From Octopus sinensis (Eukaryota): a DNA stretch of 64,000 bases. Below, piece by piece: positions 1 to 13,532 of the stretch. Position 1 is the first letter of the stretch, and the number at the start of each line of letters is the position of its first letter. The notes beneath the pieces were generated by a model that was given only the letters and a program-made list of their open reading frames with translations, ran no database searches and was not told where the DNA came from. Location of the stretch: positions 67,580,001 through 67,644,000 of the forward strand of contig NC_043000.1 of NCBI RefSeq assembly GCF_006345805.1, given 5' to 3'. Position numbers and translations under genes: made by a program.

Positions 1-519
1 TACATACATACATACATACATACATACATACATACATACGTACGTACGTACACATACGTCAGAGAGCAAGAGTGGAGAGTTGCAGACCAAAGTGGAAGTT
101 ATGTTACAAACACAGATTTGACAATAATTATTACAGCGTCTTTTATGTATACAAGTTCATATGTTGTGACTGCCTGTTTGAGAAAACGTTGATATTTACA
201 TGAGTAATCCGAGGGAAAGAGATTCGAGAATTTTGCCAGCTTTAACATGTTCTGTTATTCAACACAACTTAAATTTTAGCGAACAAATGAACGTTTCAGT
301 CATCTAACAGCTTTCAACAATGTTTTAATAGAAATAGCACGAGATGAGAGCTTCTCCGACTGCTGGGAGAAAAGAAAGAATATTTCTTGAGTTTTCTTTA
401 TATAACCAAAATGGTTTCCAAAATAGAAGTCTCTGATTGATCGCTAAAAATTAAAGACACCACTTGTTGCAACCTGTTTTAATGCTGATGTTAAGACGGA
501 ATTCGGATTCAAAAAGAGA

Positions 520-1161
520 AGCATTGTTAGTGGAAGCCTGAAATTAACACAACGTAAATACAAAAGACATGACAATTTGACAAGAATGACCCATTGGGGG
601 CTCTGTCTGGAAAGATCAAAGATGTGGTATGACCAATCCCAGAAGGAGTTACTGAGAATGAGGATTGGAAAATCCTGTGGCATGCAATGATTCGGTTTGA
701 CCATCAATGATTCAGTGTGATCATCAATGTCAGGTTTCCGATGTCTACATCGGAAACCTGACATTGTTGTGAACAGAAAAAGAAGAAAAAAAACATGCCT
801 GATAATCGTAATAGCCTGTCTTGGTGACATCAGGATCGAAGAGAAAAAAGAAAATGTGAACAACTACGATGAATTGAAGTGGGAAATACGCAGGCTGCGA
901 GCAATGAAGAGTGGACGTGATATGCACAGAAACTGGCGCGCTTAAATTCGTCTGCACTCAACAACAAACAGGACTCGTAAAAATTGGTACAAATGTAAAG
1001 ATAGCACACCTAGAGAAATCAACTTTACTTGGAACTGCAAGAATTTTCCGCAGGGTTCTTTAAGCAAGTCAGTAAACAAGTGTCATCTTAGTCACCTGGC
1101 TATGGGTAACTGACACTTTCCATCATACCCAGCAAAATAAGCTGAGAGTTTTTCATGAGAT
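520..1161 (+). mobile_element. Degenerate 3' end of an RLE-type non-LTR retrotransposon (R4/Dong-like)
   Basis: Broken frames read IVSG..KYKRHDNL..HW, IQCDH..HRKPDIVV..CLII.IAC.GD..K...Y.ELKWEI (RHD and PD-(D/E)xK RLE motifs); the 3' UTR runs directly into (AAT)n at about 1162. Confidence 0.75.
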
Positions 1162-1169
1162 ACTACTAC

Positions 1170-1250
<81 letters not shown>

Positions 1251-1462
1251 TAATAATAACAACAACAACAACAATAATAATATAATAATAATAATAAGAA
1301 GAAGAATAATAATAAGAATAATAATAATAATAAGAAGAAGAAGAGAGAAGAAGAAGAAGAAGAAGAAGAAGAAGAAGAAGAAGAAGAAGAAGAAGAAGAA
1401 GAAGAAGAAGAAGAAGAAGAAGAAGAAGAAGAAGAAGAAGAAGAAGAAGAAGAAGAAGAAGA
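1162..1462. repeat. (AAT)n/(AAC)n followed by (GAA)n microsatellite
   Basis: Directly visible trinucleotide tracts. Confidence 0.98.
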
Positions 1463-1489
1463 AAGGAAGCTTATAAGTTCGAAAGGGAA

Positions 1490-2520
1490 CTAGACATTAA
1501 CCTTGAATCAGATGAAGAGCCGGAAACCACTGCTACCAAGCAAGCAAAGCGAATCAAGCAGACTGCAAAAAAGAACGGGCAGAATCAAATTGAGAGGCGG
1601 TGGAGCCAGAAGCCCCTGCATGGACAATATATTCTCCGAAGCCAAAATGCTGATGTAGACCAAGCAACAACCCATCAGTGGCTGAAGAGTTCTGGATTGA
1701 AAGCAGAGACTGAAGGCTTCATACTGGCAGCACAAGATCAAAGCTTGTTTACCAGAAATTACCAGGCTAACGTTCTCCGAAACGGTACTGACCCTGAATG
1801 CAGATTCTGCGACACATTTGACGAAACAATAGACCATCTCGTTTCGGGATGTCCTGTGCTGACACCAAACGAATACAAAAATCGCCACGATAGGGTAGGA
1901 CAGTATATACATTGGAAGATATGTAAACACTACAAATTCGGCACTCCTGCTAACTGGTATGAACACCATCCTCAGCCAGTTGTTGAAGGTAAAAATGTCA
2001 CCATCCTCTGGGATTTTCCAGTTAACACTGACAGAACGATCAAGGCTAATCGACCAGACATAATTGTTAAAGACAGGGAAGAAAATACCTGCAGACTAAT
2101 AGAGGTAAGCGTCCCCACTGATAAAAATGTATCTGTAAAGGAATTTGACAAACTTAGTAAATATAAGGACCTGGAAATCGAAATACAAAAGATGTGGAAT
2201 CTTAAAACAAAAACTGTTCCTGTTATTGTAGGTGCCCTAGGTATGATAAAAAAAGGGATGTCAGAAACACCTAGACAATATCCCTGGAGAACTATGTCTC
2301 AAGGAAATCAAAAAGATTGTGCTAACAAGTACTGCCCACATCCTTAGAAAAACCCTATCAATGTAAATGTTTGTGTTTGTATTACATGGAGATATTTCTC
2401 TACTTCCCCTCCCCAAGCTTTCAGCTATATTTCAACAACTCTTAACCTTCACTTGCCCTAGGGCGCTGGGTGTGCCCCGGCAAGTGATTGCATCAAACAT
2501 GCAGATTAAAAGTAAATGAC
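1490..2520 (+). mobile_element. 5'-truncated RLE-type non-LTR retrotransposon (R4/Dong-like): zinc knuckle plus restriction-like endonuclease, 3' UTR
   Basis: ORF 1697-2347 has ETEGFILAAQDQ, CCHC knuckle CRFC..ETIDHLVSGC, RHD, WD....D....NRPDI, and IEVSVP..K..KY; frameshift near the C-terminus; 3' end abuts (AAT)n at 2521-2570. Confidence 0.9.
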
Positions 2521-2571
<51 letters not shown>

Positions 2572-4974
2572 TGTGGTGGTGGTTTCTAATTTAGACACAA
2601 AGCTAATAATTTTAACGGTGGGGGTTCAGTCGTGACCATCGATCATAGTACATCACTGGGACACGCATGCGCGCGCATCGGTGTTAATAGCAGGTAGAAA
2701 TAGTGACAATTTAAAGAAAAACATCTAATTTTTAATAATCAGAAAATGTGAAATCATTTTTGTATGCCATTTTCAAATGAAGTGGTTTATGGTAGGTTTA
2801 CTGATTTTCGAAGAGCAATTAATTTATTATCAAAAAATCATAAAATTTAATTATTTTACTTTCAGTTTTATATTATGGATGCCACAAAATGCTTCTTTTT
2901 CAAAGCTTTTCAATTTTGATTGATAATGTAAAATGAAGTGTTTCAGTATCTTTGAAATTTAGCTTCAGTTCTTTCTGTATTTGCAATAAGTTTCTCATGA
3001 ATGATGTTGAATATTATCAAGAGATACGTATAAAGTTTAGTGTTAAAATCGAAGATCTGTCAGTCAAAATAATTTTTATTATAATTTGGATATTGATTTT
3101 CTTTAATTTATTTTGTTATAAAATATGTGGAAATTTAGGGTGGTCTAATTTCGATAAAACTTCTGCTAAATGTTCTTTAATGTAGTTCTTCGTTTTTAAT
3201 TTAGACTTGTTCAGTAAACATTCACTATATATTTTGAAGTCATAGCAAAAATATTAGCTTTGTGTTCGAATCGTGTTTTCCTGTACAGCAGAACTGCCTA
3301 TTTAAGACTTTATTATTTGAAACATTATTACGTCTTTCACATGACAACAGACTGAGTAATCTACGATTTAAATACAATAACAGGATTTTATTTTTAACAC
3401 TATCGATGTTCCACTGGTTTTGGTTTTCAATAAAACTAATAAAATTTTTGGTGCTATGTTATTAATTACCACAATGCACTTTCCTATTGCCTGGACAGAG
3501 AAAAAAGTAAAAACAAAGCCTTAACGGTTATTATTAGCGACTTCCAAAAGAAGATAAATTCAAAATATCAATAATTAATCTCTCACATATAATTTACAGT
3601 TTTAGAAAGAAACGACTGATTTTTGTTTGCACGCATGGAGCAACTATAGACATGTTTCTGTCTATTAAGCCTCATCAACAGAGTCTATTCAGACCTACTG
3701 ATTTGTTGACATTGATATCTATATATAAAAACAAATAAGTAATGAATGATTTTTTACTCGAAAAATTTGCTTAATCAAGAAAACATGAATAAAATGACTG
3801 AAGGAAGCTTATTCAAATTAGACAATCACAAGAAAAAAAATTTAGTGACGATTGTTAACGACTCTCAAAGAAAAGAAAAATAAAGAATTGTTCTTGGAAA
3901 GCTAGTTTACACGCTTCATGGTGTGTGTGGATGAAGTCTAACTTTTGTTTGTAAGATAAAAGTATAAATAAAGCAAGGTAATATATAAAATTTATACATA
4001 ATTATTTTCAATATCACAAGTATACAACTATTAGAATTAGGATTTTAATCAAGCATATTTATTTGATATTAATTTATTTTAATGGTATTACAAAGGCTGG
4101 CAGTAACAACGTTTCAAATAATATTGCGAAAACTACGCTAAACAATAGACAACTACGAGAAGAATCATGTTTGTATACTTTTATAAACTACTTCTTTTCT
4201 CTCCAATAATGACAGAAAAGTGTCTAAATGTATCATAAATCACTTGAAAGCTTTGGTGAATGTTTCAAACAAAATTAGACCTCCGTAAATTGAATATTCA
4301 CGAGATTTAAATCTCTAATTTGCAGATAATTTTGCAAGTTCATCTGAACTACCTCAGACTGATAAGACATTTTAAAGAGGCCTTGTTAAAATTCGACCAA
4401 CTTATTGCTAAATGCGATTGATTTTTCCAATAACCACTGGTAATTAATTATAACCCTGTTATTTGAATGGAAGTAAAAAGGCATAAACCTGTAACATGGA
4501 AGATTTTCAATTAACATTTAGGCGATGTAATTATGTCTAAATGTAATTATGTGTAATAAGTACACTGTACATCTTCGTCGTCTTGACAAAAGTTAACCAG
4601 TGAATAAATTCTCATTGAAGCTAATAAAATTGCATGTAAGCTAAAATCATTGGGTGAAAACTATCACAAAAAAAGAAAGAAAAATAACAGCAAATCTACT
4701 TCGTCACGCCTTAGAACATACTTCGAAAGGAAGACCTTTACAACTGGGAGGATGTAAATCTATTATTCATTAGATTAAAAGTGAATACATCACAGCAAAA
4801 TGGTTCATATTATCGAGTAAAGAAATTTTCCCTACATTAGGGAATGATGCATTTTGAAAACGTATCTGAAAGAACGCATCACTTGAACGCTGTGACAAGA
4901 CGAAATACTTTCTTTTTTTAATGGTTTCGGCCAGGAAAAAAAGGATTGTGTCTGTGGCTTTCACGAGGTCTTCT

Positions 4975-5275
4975 AGTCAGTATAAATTGTTGCGAGTGAT
5001 ATTCAGCTCGAACTGCTATGAGCTGATGTCAATGGTGAAAATGAGGTCGGAAAAATAATTCCAGTGGACTGAACTCTTGGAAAGAAGGCCTGAGGGCAGT
5101 GATACATCTGGGAGAGAGGGAGACAAAGAATGAGTAGTGGGACTAAGAGAAAGTGATGCGCCGAGTGAGGTTGGGTTTAGATAGCATACAACCAACTAGT
5201 CCTCAGGAGGCAAAGACTGTTTTAGCTGGAGTAGAAGAGGAAAGAGAAAGGAACCAACGCTGCAGTGGCCAGAAG
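4975..5275 (-). mobile_element. Highly decayed CR1/L2/Jockey-group LINE 3' fragment
   Basis: Minus strand gives remnants like LFLFYS..LC and FFPRV...WN, similar to the fragments at 32445 and 41130. Confidence 0.45.
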
Positions 5276-5359
5276 TTGGGATGTGAGAGTAAGTTCTCAT
5301 GGGAAACAATATAAAAATGTGAATGTCACAAAGTCAAATCTTGTAGCAGTTATAGTTCT

Positions 5360-5376
5360 TGCTGCTGCTGCTGTTG

Positions 5377-5427
<51 letters not shown>

Positions 5428-5428
5428 A

Positions 5429-5474
<46 letters not shown>

Positions 5475-5475
5475 T
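5360..5475. repeat. (GCT)n(GAT)n microsatellite
   Basis: Directly visible. Confidence 0.95.
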
Positions 5476-6799
5476 TGGTGGGGGGAGGGGGATGAGGAGG
5501 GGGAGGAAGAGGAGGCACCTGATGTGAGGGTTTAGCTCCAAACCAGCTTTGATATATCCTCAAAGCATACGAATCTGACAGAACCATCCCATTTTATTTT
5601 ACAAACAATATATTGACAACATCACCCAATGCATCCACCCTGTTTTTAAAGATAATCTTGGATTTGAAGGAAGATTAGCTACTGCTTCTAGCAGGCTGAG
5701 CAACCCAATAGATGTTCTATTTGTTTTGTTTCTTAAGATTGGACGAACCTAATGTCCAAAAGATAAAATAGTTCAATTATAAAACAGATATTGATATGGA
5801 AACCGCTGAACAATGCCATTGATATTAACCAACGAAAAATATGACAATAGTCGTTTCTTGCTCAGATTAGAATTCTGACTCTCACTACACGGTGAAAAGT
5901 AAAAGAGCAAACATCCACACAATGGAAAAGATTAGATTAAAATATAAATTAGAATGGAGAAGCGAGATACCTCATTCTTGTGAAAGATATTTCCCTTCAG
6001 CAAGGGATAGCACACTTTTATCCTTTTATACATAGTTAGAGGGAAAGAGAAAAAAACTGGAACCCGGAATATTGTACGATGCATTATTCCAGTAACAAAT
6101 GCAATACATCAATGATCAGTTATGGGATATGATGATGATTTATATTGATTATTTTTTAGTATAAATAGAACCTCCTATTACCAATAGATAACACAGAAAA
6201 TATGAGGGAACATGCATCTCTTTTAGCAGCTTCAAATTTCCAATTTTTCTGTGATTCTCCTATAGATATATAAACATGAACATTTAAATATTTGCACCAA
6301 TAACCCATTGTGTGAAGATTCCCCTTTTATAAACGAAGTCACGACTATTCTCTCTCTATTTTCAAGAATATTTCATTTGTTATGCTTGCCTTTGGTACAA
6401 TAGTTTAGAGTTTATCCATCAATTCGTCGTTATTTTCAAACATGTCAACACATTCCATATAACAATTTTTCATTAACAGTTTGGTTTGTTATTATATCTT
6501 GCTGACAATATATTGTTCTTATAAGAGCATGTTCACTGAATTGACCTGCAAAAAAACATTCATAAAATGTTTTCTTTCTGCTCATTTCCTTATGATCTAT
6601 GGAGCATTTTTCGCTTAGATTTCTTTTGAGATAGAATTATCCGAGGAAGCTTTGATTTCAGGATTTCTTTTACTGGTTTTGTCTAAAATAATGTAGTTTA
6701 AGGAATTTGCTTGGATTGTATGAAATATAACGTGGGTATCCTAAATGAGTAAACCTTTCAAGATGTAAACTCTTTTTCTAAATATTATGAATGAACGGA

Positions 6800-7012
6800 G
6801 GCAACGAGCTGGCAGGTTCGTTAGTACGCTGGGAAAATACTCTGCGGTATTTCGTTTGTCTTCACGTTCTAAGTTCAAATTCCACTGAGGTTGACTTTAC
6901 CTTTCATCCTTTCAGGTTTGTTAAAGTAAGTACCAACTGAACACTAGGGACGATGTAATCAACTTGCCCTCTCCCCTGAAATTGCTAGCCTTGTGCCAAA
7001 ATCTGAAATCAA
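6800..7012 (+). mobile_element. tRNA-derived SINE, family A (Deu/Nin-like core)
   Basis: Head ggcaacgagctggcag..ttag, B-box-like gttcaaattcc, core cctttcatcctttc..aagtacca; homologous to about 10 other copies in the window. Confidence 0.85.
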
Positions 7013-7389
7013 TATCAAAAATGAACGAGACAATTACGTCTCCCTAGTTAGGTTTCATCTGCTAAAATTTATAAGCTCCTTATAACTCATTCCATTTTTC
7101 AGTTAGGTTGTTCACACTCACTGTTTATCTAAAAATAGTTATTTTAGCAGTTTTTTTATAAATACAATGAATTCTCTCAAGTCAAGTATAGAAATTTCCC
7201 ACCTATATCACGTGGGGTTTATCAGAACCCCTCCATGATCGTACAGTTAGAAATAACAGTTAAATCACCTCCAGATATATCCTATTACAAGAGTTCTTAA
7301 ACGATGTGACGTCCCGGCATACATTGGTAAATCGTAACGGATATCAGGTATACTGCTAAATGAAATAAAATAAATTTGGTAATCCATTC

Positions 7390-7602
7390 TTTTATTTGTT
7401 TCGGTCATGTTGGCCTTGCTGGAGCACCACCTGAAAAGGTTTTAGTCGAACAAATCGACCCCAGGACTTATTTTTTGTAAGCCTAGTACTTATTCTATCG
7501 GTCTCTTTGATCGAACCTCTAGTTTACGGGGACATAAACACACCAACATCGGTTGTCAGGTGATGGTGGGAAGACACACACAGAACTCCAAGCACACACA
7601 CA

Positions 7603-7641
<39 letters not shown>

Positions 7642-7812
7642 GTGTGTAAACGACGGGCTTCTTTCAGTTTCCGTCTACCAAATCCACTCACAAAGCTTTG
7701 GTCGGCTCGAGGCTATAGTAGAAGACACTTGCCCAAGGTACCATGTAGTGAGACCGAACCCGGAACCATGTAGTTGGGAAGCAAGATTCTTACCACACAG
7801 CCACACCTGCGC
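7390..7812 (-). mobile_element. tRNA-derived SINE, family B, with internal (CA)/(TG) tract
   Basis: Minus-strand head gcgcaggtgtggctgtgtggtaaga..ggttccgggttcggt, then ccttgggcaagtgtctt; homologous copies at 29860, 34155 and 57280. Confidence 0.85.
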
Positions 7813-8433
7813 TATATTTATGCCTTAGTCATAACTTTCTGTACACAAGTATGGTGGATAAAACAAAATAAACAATGATTTTCCATCCATTTTTTTAATG
7901 TTACACTTTAGTACACATTGTTATCTTAATTTTTTTCTTTATGTTTTATTTATTCATGCTGAACTTTCAATATGAAGATTACCAAAGGACGCGTTAAGTA
8001 ATTTAGTCTTAGAAACCCTATGACAAAAAGAAAGAACAGCCACGGTTAGAATAACTTAGGCCATAGACCAACTCGATCATGGGAACACTAGACCAACATC
8101 ACCACGTTAGTCTTTTATTTAATGGAGAATCCTTAGCCTATAAGTTCACCTGTATTGCCAGATGTCATCTAAAGATACGATATGTCACAATATACCTCAA
8201 TAACTGTTGCATAATTCAGATTTCTTACAACCAGGAAAAATCTGTTTATTTACTTATGTATTTATTTCCTACATTATAATCTGTTCTGTAAGATTACAAA
8301 ATATATGATAACACGGTTCATATGCCTGAAAAAATAAGTTATCTTAGAGAAAACAGAAATATGTGATAGAGTAACTCAATACAACAGTGTCACTATTATT
8401 TTCTGTACGTATATTAGCTTTTCAGCTTACTAG

Positions 8434-10879
8434 TGTAGCAATATCGTCTCTCAGTGCTATCTTCACTGTTTGAGAAGAGTATATAGAATGACCTCGGTCG
8501 AGATTACAAACAGCTTTGGCTAGTTCAACATTGATGTAAACACTAATTCGATTGGCTGACACGTTGGTCTCTACTACGCTCGCACCGCTGGTTATAACTT
8601 GACGCAAAATGTCTCGACTTATTTTCGCGCCATAGTTCCAAGCAGCCAATCACAGCTTTCCATTTCGGAAGTTCATTGGGAGCCATGTAAAGCCTATAAA
8701 TAAGGTTTCTCAGAAGAATATTCGTCTTAGGTTTTTAGTTCTTCTCAGAGCTAAACCTCTGACCACACAGCTCGTCTTAGGCTTTTAGTTCTTTTAAGAG
8801 CTAAGTCTCTGACCACACAGAGCATACTCGACCAAGTTACAGTTCGAGGCAGGCGACCACCATTAATACAAGATGTTACAGATACCTCTCATACTGTTAG
8901 TGTGAAATATCACCATGAAGAAAACGGTTACAAGATATCTATAACTAGAGAAAAATAACCAAGCAGAACATATGATGAAGAAGCAGCAAGAACCAATCGA
9001 CAAACATCGAAGATTTAATTGTACACGAGACAACTACAGATTCAACTATAGCGGTTAGGTGAAATTCTCGCCACGAAGAAAACGGCTACAGAAACATGTC
9101 TGGAAGTATATTCATATCAAGAGAAAGATAAACACAACGAGTGATTCAATTAATCTCAACTGCGACATGCAATATCTTGATATGGAACTCTTACAGTGTA
9201 CCTCATAAACGGTAAATCAATTATCTGTTTCTTGGGTTCTAGATTCTTCTAAGAACTACCTTAAGCCATCTGTTATTACCTGTTGCCAAGCCGATACCAA
9301 CAACATTAACTGTGAATCAAATCCCATCGTCATTTCACTGGTCAGTACCTTTTTACGCCTAACGAACACACAGACACAAAAACATGCGAACACTTACAAA
9401 CTCCCAACATCAAGCATGATTGTAAAATATGTAAAATAAATAATGTATATATCTTAAAAAGAAATCTTGTTGTCATTCCAAACTTATGTATATTGCCGCA
9501 GCATGTATTACTTGGTCTAAAATATATTATTAAGAATAGGATCACGTTTCTATTTTTATACTGGTGACCCCTTTAATACGCAGGACTTCTGATATACTGC
9601 GCGGCCAACGGTAGACATAAGTTAAGGAATTGACACAAGAGAACGCTGAAGGATGAACTTTTTAAGAAAAACAAAAAAAATAGATATATATATAATAATG
9701 TCAATTTTATCGCCGTTTTGTCGTAGACAAAACGTCTGGTAAGAGGCTATATGTAGCAATATCGTCTCTCAGTGCTATCTTCACTGTTTGAGAAGAGTAT
9801 ATAGAATGACCTCGGTCGAGATTACAAACAGCTTTGGCTAGTTCAACATTGATGTAAACACTAATTCGATTGGCTGACACGTTGGTCTCTACTACGCTCG
9901 CACCGCTGGTTATAACTTGGCGCAAAATGTCTCGACTTATTTTCGCGCCATAGTTCCAAGCAGCCAATCACATCTTTCCATTTCGGAAGTTCATTGGGAG
10001 CCATGTAAAGCCTATAAATAAGGTTTCTCAGAAGAATATTCGTCTTAGGTTTTTAGTTCTTCTCAGAGCTAAACCTCTGACCACACAGCTCGTCTTAGGC
10101 TTTTAGTTCTTTTAAGAGCTAAGTCTCTGACCACACAGAGCATACTCGACCAAGTTACAGTTCGAGACAGGCGACCACCATTAATACAAGATGTTACAGA
10201 TACCTCTCATACTGTTAGTGTGAAATATCACCATGAAGAAAACGGTTACAAGATATCTATAACTAGAGAAAAATAACCAAGCAGAACATATGATGAAGAA
10301 GCAGCAAGAACCAATCGACAAACATCGAAGATTTAAATTGTACACGAGACAACTACAGATTCAACTATAGCGGTTAGGTGAAATTCTCGCCACGAAGAAA
10401 ACGGCTACAGAAACATGTCTGGAAGTATATTCATATCAAGAGAAAGATAAACACAACGAGTGATTCAATTAATCTCAACTGCGACATGCAATATCTTGAT
10501 ATGGAACTCTTACAGTGTACCTCATAAACGGTAAATCAATTATCTGTTTCTTGGGTTCTAGATTCTTCTAAGAACTACCTTAAGCCATCTGTTATTACCT
10601 GTTGCCAAGCCGATACCAACAACATTAACTGTGAATCAAATCCCATCGTCATTTCACTGGTCAGTACCTTTTTACGCCTAACGAACACACAGACACAAAA
10701 ACATGCGAACACTTACAAACTCCCAACATCAAGCATGATTGTAAAATATGTAAAATAAATAATGTATATATCTTAAAAAGAAATCTTGTTGTCATTCCAA
10801 ACTTATGTATATTGCCGCAGCATGTATTACTTGGTCTAAAATATATTATTAAGAATAGGATCACGTTTCTATTTTTATA
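8434..10879 (+). mobile_element. Non-autonomous LTR retroelement (Gypsy/CsRn1-like cis signals): LTR1 8434-9560, 191-bp internal region, LTR2 9752-10879
   Basis: Near-identical 1127/1128-bp direct repeats TGTAGCAATA...TATTTTTATA; 4-bp TSD CTAG (8430-8433 and 10880-10883); PBS TGGTGACCCC (9562-9571) complementary to the tRNA-Trp 3' end; weak PPT tctggtaagaggcta before LTR2; no coding capacity. Confidence 0.9.
8646..8700 (+). promoter_or_regulatory. Putative LTR promoter (CCAAT at 8646, TATAAA at 8695); repeated in LTR2
   Basis: CCAAT about 45 bp upstream of TATAAATA in U3-like position, followed by a ~50-bp internal tandem duplication (about 8722-8822). Confidence 0.45.
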
Positions 10880-11062
10880 CTAGAATATCTTATTTTAATT
10901 AAGACTCCCACAGTTCAATTTATGCAGATGTCATTATTATAAGATTTGAGAAACCTTCAATGAAAATTATTTGCAGTTTTAGAATTTCTATTCAAGCATT
11001 TTACACTCAAAATCTGTTTAATATGCATTTGCAAGACTAAATAAAAATGATTTTCATTTCAG

Positions 11063-11185
11063 GTCTAATGCAAATACAGCAACACATATTAAGACAGCCA
11101 GTAAAGAATATAAAGCAAGGGGAAGCAACTTGTGGTATAACACCTGGTCAGGAGCAGGCTATAACTACTCTTTCGCGATTTGAAG
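11063..11185 (+). CDS. Candidate upstream exon (phase 1-1) of the membrane-protein gene
   Basis: Acceptor ttttcatttcag, donor GAAG|gtaatt, 123 bp open (LMQIQQHILRQPVKNIKQGEATCGITPGQEQAITTLSRFE); splices in frame to 17418. No homology recognised; an alternative donor exists at about 11220. Confidence 0.4.
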
Positions 11186-11225
11186 GTAATTCGAATTGTA
11201 ATAGCAGTTATCTGTGCAAGTAAGA

Positions 11226-11269
<44 letters not shown>

Positions 11270-13446
11270 GTGAGTGAGTGAGTGAGACAGACAGAGACAA
11301 AGACAGTGTTGAGAGAAGGGGAGGCGAAGAGCGAGAGCCAGAGAGAGAGAGAGGGAAGAGATAGGAAAAAGAGAGAAAAGGTGTATGTGTGTGTGTTTAT
11401 GTGTGCATGAGTGTGTATGTAGCGTTGTCAGTGTGTATGTAGCGTTGTGAGTGTGTGTGTGTAGAAGTATTAGATAATAAAAAAAAAACGGAGTGAGAAA
11501 GAATAGTGATAAGAATTGAATATTCGAAGTCGCTAATGGATTTGAAAGCTGCTGCATTTGACTTCGTGTGAAAAAAAAGTAAAAGAGAAAGAAAATGAAA
11601 AAGAAAACCATTTCTGATATAAATTTGAAAACAAAACAGCACTTTACAAATCAACAATATTTAGTAAATATAAATTATAACATAGAAATATAATTTTTTT
11701 TTAATCAATTCTTCCATACATTAAATTTTTTTTTAATGAAAAATATATAATCATACAGTTCTTCTAACGTTATTTGGAGGAATATGGAAAACATGTCTTG
11801 CAAATATTCATTGATTTATACATACATACATAATACATACACACACAGATATGTATGAATGCCTGTATATGTGTGTGTATATATGTGTGTGCGTATGTGT
11901 TTGTGTGTGTGTATTGAATATGTGAAATGTGTACATGATAAAGAAATTCTTCCACGTTTGTTTTTGTTATTTTAATCTCAACGGCCTATACCCTCCAGTT
12001 CCTTTTATAGTGCATGCAGACGCCTAATATCGTCTGCCTCAACTATACCGAATGTTGTCTGTTTTTTCCTCCCTTAACAATTGGACGTCTATGTCAGTAC
12101 CCTCTAGTACGTCTTTGATGTTTTAACCAACTTTGCAAATGGTAATCTGGCATTCTAACTGACTGAAAAATTAACATCGAAAAAAAAAAAGCAGCAGTCT
12201 TTGTGGCATTAATTTTAACAAAAAATTAGTATATTCAATCAATATTTGCTGTCTAAATCTGAAATAAATGCCATAAGCATTTTTCATTGCAAGGAATGCA
12301 ATAAATAAAATATTTTGATTGATGTTCATTTGGTACAATTTTTCCATTAATATAGCCAACATGAAGGCGTCGAAGTGGTAGATACCGGATAAAATGCTTT
12401 ACATTATTTCTTCCGGCTATTTGCACCCTGGGTTCATCTTCTGTTAAGGTTATCTTTGACTTTCGTCCTTTCAGGAACGGTAAAGTACGTTCCAGTGCTT
12501 TCATTCTTTCTTTCTTCCTGGATTAAACCTGTAATTCAAGCATCAGCATGTCAGTTAGTGTTCCGCCCATTTCGTTAAGGGTACACATGTCTGTGGAATA
12601 CTTAATTCCTTACACGTTAATTTTATTGTAGTAATTCTGTAATTCGGGCAACAATACTCATTATCGAGATCAGATGAGAATCTACTAGGATGTATGACTA
12701 ATATCAAGAAAGCCATGGAAATTTAATGTTGCTGTCTCGGATTGTTAGAAACAGCAGATAAATCTCTCCTCATCACATTCAGCTGTTTCTAAAAAAATGG
12801 CACATGCATTGAGCTTATAAATATATAAAACACGAGATGCTAATGGCTTTTGGTCATATGTCTATATATCTGTTCGATCAGTAAAATGAGGAATCGAGCA
12901 CAATCCCATTAACCAGTGTTAAGCCTCCTTTCAAATATTTACTATCATCATTTAACACCCTTTTCAGTGGTGGACGGACAAAATGCTATACAAACGTCTG
13001 TAGGCCACACATTGCGCCAAGTTAAGGAATTGTTTTACATTTTTCTTCCCTCATCAAACTATCTCTCCTTCTCTTTCCACTCTCTCCCTCTCTTTCCCCT
13101 CTCTCCCTCTATTTCCCCTCTCTCCCTCTCTCTCCCTCTGTCTGTCTATCTGACTGGAAAATATTTTTCGATTCCTGCAAAATGTCGAAATACAAAAGTA
13201 TTTACCGATTCCTGGCAGACCCTAAATCCACACCTTCTCAAGATGGCCGCAAATATGACCCGGCAATCTCAAGCTATACGAATGGCCACAATTAGTATAC
13301 TATTTCAAAAAAAGACCATCAAATTGGCGGTGACACCCTGGCAACATCCTACCCGAAAAAGTGAGACCAAAAATACAGAATATAACTGATATCGATTTGA
13401 TATCATTATACAACGTGATTTGAGGTGACGAACAGAAATCTAAGAA

Positions 13447-13530
<84 letters not shown>

Positions 13531-13532
<2 letters not shown>

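Noticed and set aside
8722-8822. Short tandem repeat considered as a CRISPR-like array
   Set aside because: Only two contiguous ~50-bp units, no spacers, eukaryotic LTR context.
8422-10864. Duplicated short ORFs within the 1.13-kb repeats
   Set aside because: Incidental ORFs in LTRs; no gag/pol motifs.
12253-12535. Possible minus-strand exon or 83-aa ORF
   Set aside because: No recognisable motif, weak splice signals, no partner exons found.
13449-13530. Single TT/AA phase shifts seen in most long (TA)n tracts
   Set aside because: Readily explained by slippage or assembly/consensus errors in self-complementary repeats.
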